Translations under genes and position numbers: made by a program
Shown here: one piece after another, positions 22,383 to 27,473 of the stretch
Layout of the letters: each line of letters starts with the position of its first letter
How positions within the stretch are numbered: the first letter of the stretch is position 1
Notes under the pieces: model-generated
Told to the model about the DNA's origin: nothing
Database searches by the model: none
The model's input: only the letters and a program-made list of their open reading frames with translations
From: a virus
Lineage: Duplodnaviria; Caudoviricetes
Reading direction: 5' to 3' (one strand)
Length of the DNA stretch: 27,473 nt
IMG/VR virus record: IMGVR_UViG_3300037076_000037
Span: 1 to 27,473 of that record

Positions 22383-24670
22383 TGTCCGAACTTGATCCAG
22401 TCGTACAGGAGATTTTGCTCAAGGGAGATGACCAACTCCTGAGCGCGCTGGGCCGCGTCGGGCAAGAGGGCGCGGAGCATCTGAACAAGCTCGCCGAGGC
22501 AGCCGCCGGAGGGGCCGAGCCACTCAACCTGCTTGCAGATAAAATCCTGTATATTGGGGCAGCGATCTCCGGCATCACCGCTGCGATGATCGCATTCATC
22601 GAACAACAGACCGAGCTTTCGCAGAAGACTATCCTGCTCGCGGACGCGTTCGGCACCACCGCCGGCCAGCTCCAGCAGCTTGAACAGATTTTTGCGTCGA
22701 GTGGCGTCAAGGTCGAGCAGTTCGAGAGGTTTGCGAACCGTCTCACGATTACGATCGCGCGGGAGTGGCCGCAGATCGCGGAGAGCATCAAGAACTACGC
22801 CAACCAGAACGACAGCGCGACGCTGCGCGTCTCCAGCGCAATCCTCCGTATCCGAGATGCCCAGAACGCACTCGGGGATAATTCGGCGGATCGAGCCTCG
22901 CGCATGGCGAAGGACAATGCCTCAATCGAGGCGTCGTACATCAAGCTTCAGTTCGCCGCGCAGCACGCCATGTCTGAACAAGTCGGCGCGATGCAGGCCG
23001 TGCAGGCCGCACAGTTGAGCGTGACTGCGGCCGAGCAGCATCTCGCCGAACTCGAAGGTCGTCCGCCGTCGAAGGCTGAGAAAGAAAACCTCGCTATCGC
23101 ACAGGCGCAACAGGCAGTCGATAGCGCTCGCAAGGCCGAAGCCGATGCTCGGGTTGCCCAGCAGGAGACGGCTGCGAACGCATCGCTCAAGCGGGCGCAG
23201 ATGGAGCAGGAATACGACGACCTCTCGCGCAAAGCCGCGAAGAACGCGCGCGACGATGCGGAGGCGCGTCAGAAGGATGAGAACGCGGTCAAAGAAGCGA
23301 TCATCGCCCGGGGAGAGGCAGAACAGAAGGCAGCGAAGCTCGCGGTCACCAATATCGTCAGCATCCGCGACGCCCTGAAAGGCATTGTGGACGGCAACAA
23401 GGAAGTGGCGAAGTCCATTGACTTCTCCGAAGTCTCGGTAGTCCACCTCACTGAAGGCATCATGGCTCTCGCTAAGGAAACGGCCAAAGGCGTCAAGCCT
23501 ACAGGCTACGAGACCATGGCTGCAATCTCCAAGGTCTTTGCGAACGATACCGAGCACTTGATCGATCAGCAGCAGCGCTTGGCGATTGTGAACAAGCTCT
23601 CTGGAACATCGATGCAGGCGATGGGCGTAAGTGCGTCCGAAACCCTCTACGCGCTGGAGCACAATAGCGAAGCGATCCTCACGCTCACTAAGGATACTGA
23701 TCATTTCGGAGAGAAGGTCCCGCCGAAGAGCATCGAAGAGTTTCGGTCCGCTCTCGCCAAACTTAATCTGGCGATTAGTCAGATGGCACAAGCACTCGCA
23801 GCGGCGGCGGCTCCGGCGTTCACTGCCTTCCTTGAAGCGATCCACGAGAGTTTGACTTCTAATACCGGTGTTTTGCACAGTTTTGTGGAGGGGATCAAGA
23901 GCATTGGGTCCGCTGTCAGCGCGGTGATTAGTGGATGGGTCACGATTGAGGCGGCCATCAGCCACGCATTCAATCTGGAGCCGGGCACAGTGTTCAAGGC
24001 ATTCTTGCTCGTGCTGGCCGGGATCGTCGCGGCATTCGCAACATCATGGGCCGCGATCCCGATCGCTATCACGCTTGTGGTCACGGCGATAGGGGAGCTT
24101 GCGACTAACTGGGAGAAAGTCAAAGCCGAGCTAATGGATAACGCAGTGGTCCGGTTCTGGGAGCGCCTTCGGGACGTGGTCGCGAAAGTCAAGAGCTTGC
24201 TCAGCGGCAACGGGTGGAAGAACCCGGCAGGCGGCAGCGCAGGCGGTAGCGCAGGAGCTAATGGATCATCCTCGGCAGGACCGGAGACTGTGGCTGAAGC
24301 TCCGATCTCGCGCGCGGGCGGCGGCGAGATCGACGGACCGGGCACAGGCACGAGCGATAGCATCATGGCTCGCTTGTCGCGCGGCGAATTCGTACAGCGC
24401 GCGGCTGCGGTGCAGCACTACGGCGTGGACTTCATGAAGTCCATCAACAGTCTGAGCTTCCCCGGCTTCGCGACGGGCGGCCTCGTGCCGTCCCCGATCC
24501 GCATGGCCGGCGGCGGTAGCGTTCCGGCGACGAGCACTTTGAACCTGTCAATCGACGGGCGAGCGTTCAATGGTTTGCGCGGGCCGAAGAGTACGGTTGA
24601 CGATCTCTCCAGTTTCGCAATTGCTCGCCAGACTTCGGCGGCGGGCAACAACCCTTCGTGGATGAAGTAA
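22382..24670 (+). CDS. Tape measure protein
   Basis: 762 aa, Ala-rich and helical, with a hydrophobic segment and C-terminal GGEIDGPGTGTSDSIMARLSRGEFV...GFATGG motif. Confidence 0.92.
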   Translation: MSELDPVVQEILLKGDDQLLSALGRVGQEGAEHLNKLAEAAAGGAEPLNLLADKILYIGAAISGITAAMIAFIEQQTELSQKTILLADAFGTTAGQLQQLEQIFASSGVKVEQFERFANRLTITIAREWPQIAESIKNYANQNDSATLRVSSAILRIRDAQNALGDNSADRASRMAKDNASIEASYIKLQFAAQHAMSEQVGAMQAVQAAQLSVTAAEQHLAELEGRPPSKAEKENLAIAQAQQAVDSARKAEADARVAQQETAANASLKRAQMEQEYDDLSRKAAKNARDDAEARQKDENAVKEAIIARGEAEQKAAKLAVTNIVSIRDALKGIVDGNKEVAKSIDFSEVSVVHLTEGIMALAKETAKGVKPTGYETMAAISKVFANDTEHLIDQQQRLAIVNKLSGTSMQAMGVSASETLYALEHNSEAILTLTKDTDHFGEKVPPKSIEEFRSALAKLNLAISQMAQALAAAAAPAFTAFLEAIHESLTSNTGVLHSFVEGIKSIGSAVSAVISGWVTIEAAISHAFNLEPGTVFKAFLLVLAGIVAAFATSWAAIPIAITLVVTAIGELATNWEKVKAELMDNAVVRFWERLRDVVAKVKSLLSGNGWKNPAGGSAGGSAGANGSSSAGPETVAEAPISRAGGGEIDGPGTGTSDSIMARLSRGEFVQRAAAVQHYGVDFMKSINSLSFPGFATGGLVPSPIRMAGGGSVPATSTLNLSIDGRAFNGLRGPKSTVDDLSSFAIARQTSAAGNNPSWMK

Positions 24671-24671
24671 C

Positions 24672-25280
24672 ATGCCGAAAGACGCGCTAGGACATGGAAG
24701 CAATCCGCAGGGCAGCACTCTCGCTGGCCAGCATCTTCCGGTTTGGTATCACGGCTCGCCGACCGGCTTTCCCGGCGCGACGGGCCAAATCCATCTCGGT
24801 ACGGCAGCAGCCGCGCGCATGGCGCTCGAAGCGCGCATCGGAGTTCCGGCGGACCTTCACGGCTGGAGTGGCAATCGGGAATACGGAAAGCCGATGCTCG
24901 CGGGCACCGACAAGCTGGAGAGTATTGAACGCGGCGAGACGCCGTATTACAACAAGTACCCGAACACCGGGCACAATGTAGACGCACCGAAGGCAGATTA
25001 CTATCCGACAGCCCGAAAAGACATACCGACGATGGGCCGGGCTTCGACACCGATGACGATGGATATGCGGCCCGCCGTCCGTTCGTATCAGATTTCGGGC
25101 GAGATGAAAAACTCGCCGGAGCGTCCGTACACCGACACGATGGCAAACAAGCTCGCGAACGCACAACAGACCCGAGGCAATGGCAAGCACGGGTTCTACT
25201 ACAAGAATGAAGGCGAAGATACCGGCAGCATTTCAGTTGTCGTGCCAAGCCGCAACCACTTGTCAGGATTTATGGGATGA
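24672..25280 (+). CDS. KDALGHGS-tagged ADP-ribosyltransferase-like protein
   Basis: Starts MPKDALGHGS; WYHGS...IHLGTAAAAR...GKHGFYYKNEGEDTGSISVVV fits the order of ART-fold (polyvalent-protein type) motifs. Confidence 0.7.
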   Translation: MPKDALGHGSNPQGSTLAGQHLPVWYHGSPTGFPGATGQIHLGTAAAARMALEARIGVPADLHGWSGNREYGKPMLAGTDKLESIERGETPYYNKYPNTGHNVDAPKADYYPTARKDIPTMGRASTPMTMDMRPAVRSYQISGEMKNSPERPYTDTMANKLANAQQTRGNGKHGFYYKNEGEDTGSISVVVPSRNHLSGFMG

Positions 25281-25741
25281 GCACCGAAGAAAACGTTCTG
25301 CCGGCGAACTCGGACACGCTGCTCGTGATCTCCAGCTTTGGCAACATGCTGTATCAGGCGCGTGGCTTGTCGCAGACGCTTGAGGTCATCGGGGCCGCCG
25401 TGCAAATGGAGCGCACGATCAACGGCAACCTCATCGATCTCTCGGCTCCGCAGTTTCGCAAGTACGCTTCGACGATCAACATCCCGAATGATGTCAACGC
25501 CCCGCCGCTCGACGGCGTCTGGCCCGGGATGCAAGTCACTGTGCATTGTGCGGTCGGTCTCGCCTTCCTCACTGGCCTCGCGGGCGCCCCACACCGGACG
25601 CCGGTCTCGGGCTCGGAATACGTTGACGGAGCCTACACGTTCTACCGGCCCGAACTGACAATGCTCGTCAAGAAAGTCGAGACGCACTTCGACGAATGGA
25701 AGTGCATCGTCGGCTGGACCCTTGAGCTGGAGGAAGTCTGA
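25277..25741 (+). CDS. Distal tail protein-like
   Basis: ERTINGNLIDLS...FRKYASTI...WTLELEEV; expected position after the tape measure gene. Confidence 0.7.
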   Translation: MSTEENVLPANSDTLLVISSFGNMLYQARGLSQTLEVIGAAVQMERTINGNLIDLSAPQFRKYASTINIPNDVNAPPLDGVWPGMQVTVHCAVGLAFLTGLAGAPHRTPVSGSEYVDGAYTFYRPELTMLVKKVETHFDEWKCIVGWTLELEEV

Positions 25742-26178
25742 TGAAGGACGCGCTCGGCCACGGCAGCAACGCGCATAACAGCGGCGTTGAGAAAGTCGGC
25801 AAGGTTCCGATGAACATCATGTATCACGGGTCTAATGTCGATTTCAACTCTTTCGAACTCGGGCATGGAGGTGGCGGCTCGAAGAACGGGGTCTGGCTCG
25901 CCGATGAGCCCGGCGTCGCAAGAGACTACGCGGGTATCATGGCTCGCTACGGTGGATCGCCAACGATGTATCACGCGACTGTCGGCGGCAACATGGCTAC
26001 CGAAAAGCAGTGGCAGGCTTTAGAGAAGTCGATCCCGGGGACAAGTTACACCTTCGAGCGCGACAAGAAGATCGTTGATACGCTGAAATCTCAAGGCTAT
26101 GACGGCGTGCGCTTCGGGAAGACCGTCTACATGCTCAACCCCGAGAAAATCAAGATTGTCAAGAAAGAGCCGCTATGA
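25741..26178 (+). CDS. KDALGHGS-tagged ADP-ribosyltransferase-like protein (ART-PolyVal-like)
   Basis: Starts MKDALGHGS; MYHGS..DFNSF...GVWLADEPGVARDYA...LKSQGYDGV...VYMLNPEKIK. Confidence 0.78.
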   Translation: MKDALGHGSNAHNSGVEKVGKVPMNIMYHGSNVDFNSFELGHGGGGSKNGVWLADEPGVARDYAGIMARYGGSPTMYHATVGGNMATEKQWQALEKSIPGTSYTFERDKKIVDTLKSQGYDGVRFGKTVYMLNPEKIKIVKKEPL

Positions 26179-26405
26179 AGACCGCTAGAAAATCCTTTCG
26201 TTGTGTCATCGTCGGGCAGGGTGACAACAATAACCATCTCTGCACTGGCATTTTCGTTCACGTGCCAGCGGGGCTGACGCGCCATCAGGCTGTTGACTAC
26301 GTCACAGGCGTCATCGCCAAAGAGATCAGTCGGTACGCGGCATGGGAAGCTCTCGACCTCGGGACGATTGATAACGACACCAACTGGAGTGAGATCGTCA
26401 CATGA
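26175..26405 (+). CDS. Hypothetical protein
   Basis: ATGA-coupled on both sides; 76 aa. Confidence 0.65.
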   Translation: MKTARKSFRCVIVGQGDNNNHLCTGIFVHVPAGLTRHQAVDYVTGVIAKEISRYAAWEALDLGTIDNDTNWSEIVT

Positions 26406-27473
26406 CGCTCCCCCTTACATTCGCATGGGTCGCTGAGACCCAAACGACTTTCAACGCGACCACGATGAACGTGTTCGACGAGGAGATCGTGTCGTTTGAC
26501 ATCAAGCACGAAGAGGGGCAGCATCCGACGCTGGACCTCACCATCAGGAACCCGCGCATTGGTCTGCTCGCGCCGGGCCGTAACGTGTGGGGATGGCTTG
26601 CATGGCAGAGCCCGGCGACTGATCCGCTCTACGCGGGCGCGCTCGTGCCTCTGTTTTTCGGAGTGCTTGTTGGTGTGCCCACGGATTTGTTCAAGGAGAA
26701 GGTCACGATCCAATTGATCGCGCGGAGCCACACGTACATCGCGGACAAGCAGGCGCTCGCCGAAACCATGAAGGCGATCCCTTACTATGACCCGATCTTC
26801 ATTGAGACGAGCAAGCGGGATGACCCCGACACCATTCTCGAAGGGTGGTCGGCGCTTTGGCATATCGATCGCACGTCGCTCGCGATCACCGCGTCGGATG
26901 TTCTTGTCGGCGAGGATGGCGCTGTAACGTTCGATGAAGATCACGCGCTCTACGAGAGCGTAGCTTTGCAACTCGGGCAGCCTCCGCTCACGAATATCCG
27001 GGTCGAGGCAACGGTCAACTGGACCCAGCGCTCGTCGGGTTACTTCACGGTGCCAACGGTCAATCTCTCAAGCTACACGGGAGAGACGTTGCTCAGCGAT
27101 TGGCCGAAGCCGGGCACGGGTATCGGCGGCGGGTATAAGTGCGAGAGCAGTTTTGTCACGGATATCTATCTCATCGGAGAGACGCCGACCACGACTTATA
27201 GTTCGTCGTGGACGAACAGTGACCCCAATCCGGGTCAGTGCTCGAATGCGTCTATGTCGGTTTCGTCGAGCGGCCCCGCGCTGCTCGCGCCTGACCCGTT
27301 GCAGAATACTCTTACTCAATATTACAAATCAGGAGTTTGTTTCCCAGATAGTGATCCGCCGACGAACGTCCCAATGGAAGCCAGCTCCAGTGGAGTTGTC
27401 ATTCCGCTCTGGAGCGTCGCGATGGACATGACCATCCGTTATGACGCCAACCGGCAGTTTTCGGAGAGGCTGT
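26402..27473 (+). CDS. Tail-tip / baseplate hub-like protein, 5' part (runs off the window; not in ORF track)
   Basis: ATG at 26402 reads MTLPLTFAWVAETQTTF...IRNPRIGLLAPGR...PYYDPIF...; GC3-rich; no stop seen before the edge; follows the Dit-like gene. Confidence 0.75.
   Translation, partial: MTLPLTFAWVAETQTTFNATTMNVFDEEIVSFDIKHEEGQHPTLDLTIRNPRIGLLAPGRNVWGWLAWQSPATDPLYAGALVPLFFGVLVGVPTDLFKEKVTIQLIARSHTYIADKQALAETMKAIPYYDPIFIETSKRDDPDTILEGWSALWHIDRTSLAITASDVLVGEDGAVTFDEDHALYESVALQLGQPPLTNIRVEATVNWTQRSSGYFTVPTVNLSSYTGETLLSDWPKPGTGIGGGYKCESSFVTDIYLIGETPTTTYSSSWTNSDPNPGQCSNASMSVSSSGPALLAPDPLQNTLTQYYKSGVCFPDSDPPTNVPMEASSSGVVIPLWSVAMDMTIRYDANRQFSERL

Noticed and set aside
151-27319. Numerous long minus-strand ORFs (for example 5102..6295, 7149..8141, 15257..16108, 22922..23965)
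   Set aside because: They are antisense shadows of well-supported + strand genes in GC-rich DNA, with no recognisable motifs.
1-27473. tRNA, rRNA, integrase, transposase or prohead protease genes
   Set aside because: I saw no supporting motifs or cloverleaf structures in this window.

Overview
This window is the packaging and morphogenesis half of a GC-rich tailed dsDNA phage or prophage. The tail tube, frameshifted chaperone, tape measure and lack of a sheath point to a siphovirus. The host is probably an alphaproteobacterium: promoters look sigma70-like, and I found no GANTC sites in the regions I scanned. All credible genes are on the + strand, in this order: small accessory genes (1-4.6 kb), terS, terL, portal, a broken ART-like gene, a MuF-like head gene followed by an EndoVII-type endonuclease, scaffold, a mini-scaffold and fibre-like block, major capsid, head-tail joining genes, tail tube, tail chaperone, tape measure and tail-tip genes (the last runs off the edge). 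The main unexplained pattern is a shared peptide, M(x)KDALGHGS...[AL]HxxG[IV]. It starts five otherwise unrelated proteins and recurs internally in one of them, with varied synonymous codons. Two tagged genes are ADP-ribosyltransferase-like insertions in the tail operon, which suggests a peptide-addressed system for packaging effector proteins into the virion. Other notable signals: a four-copy late promoter with a conserved upstream box, recurring CAUGNG hexaloops in late-gene leaders, a recoded duplicate gene end flanking the endonuclease, and a scaffold paralogue without its coiled coil. All family assignments come from motif recognition by eye; no searches were run.
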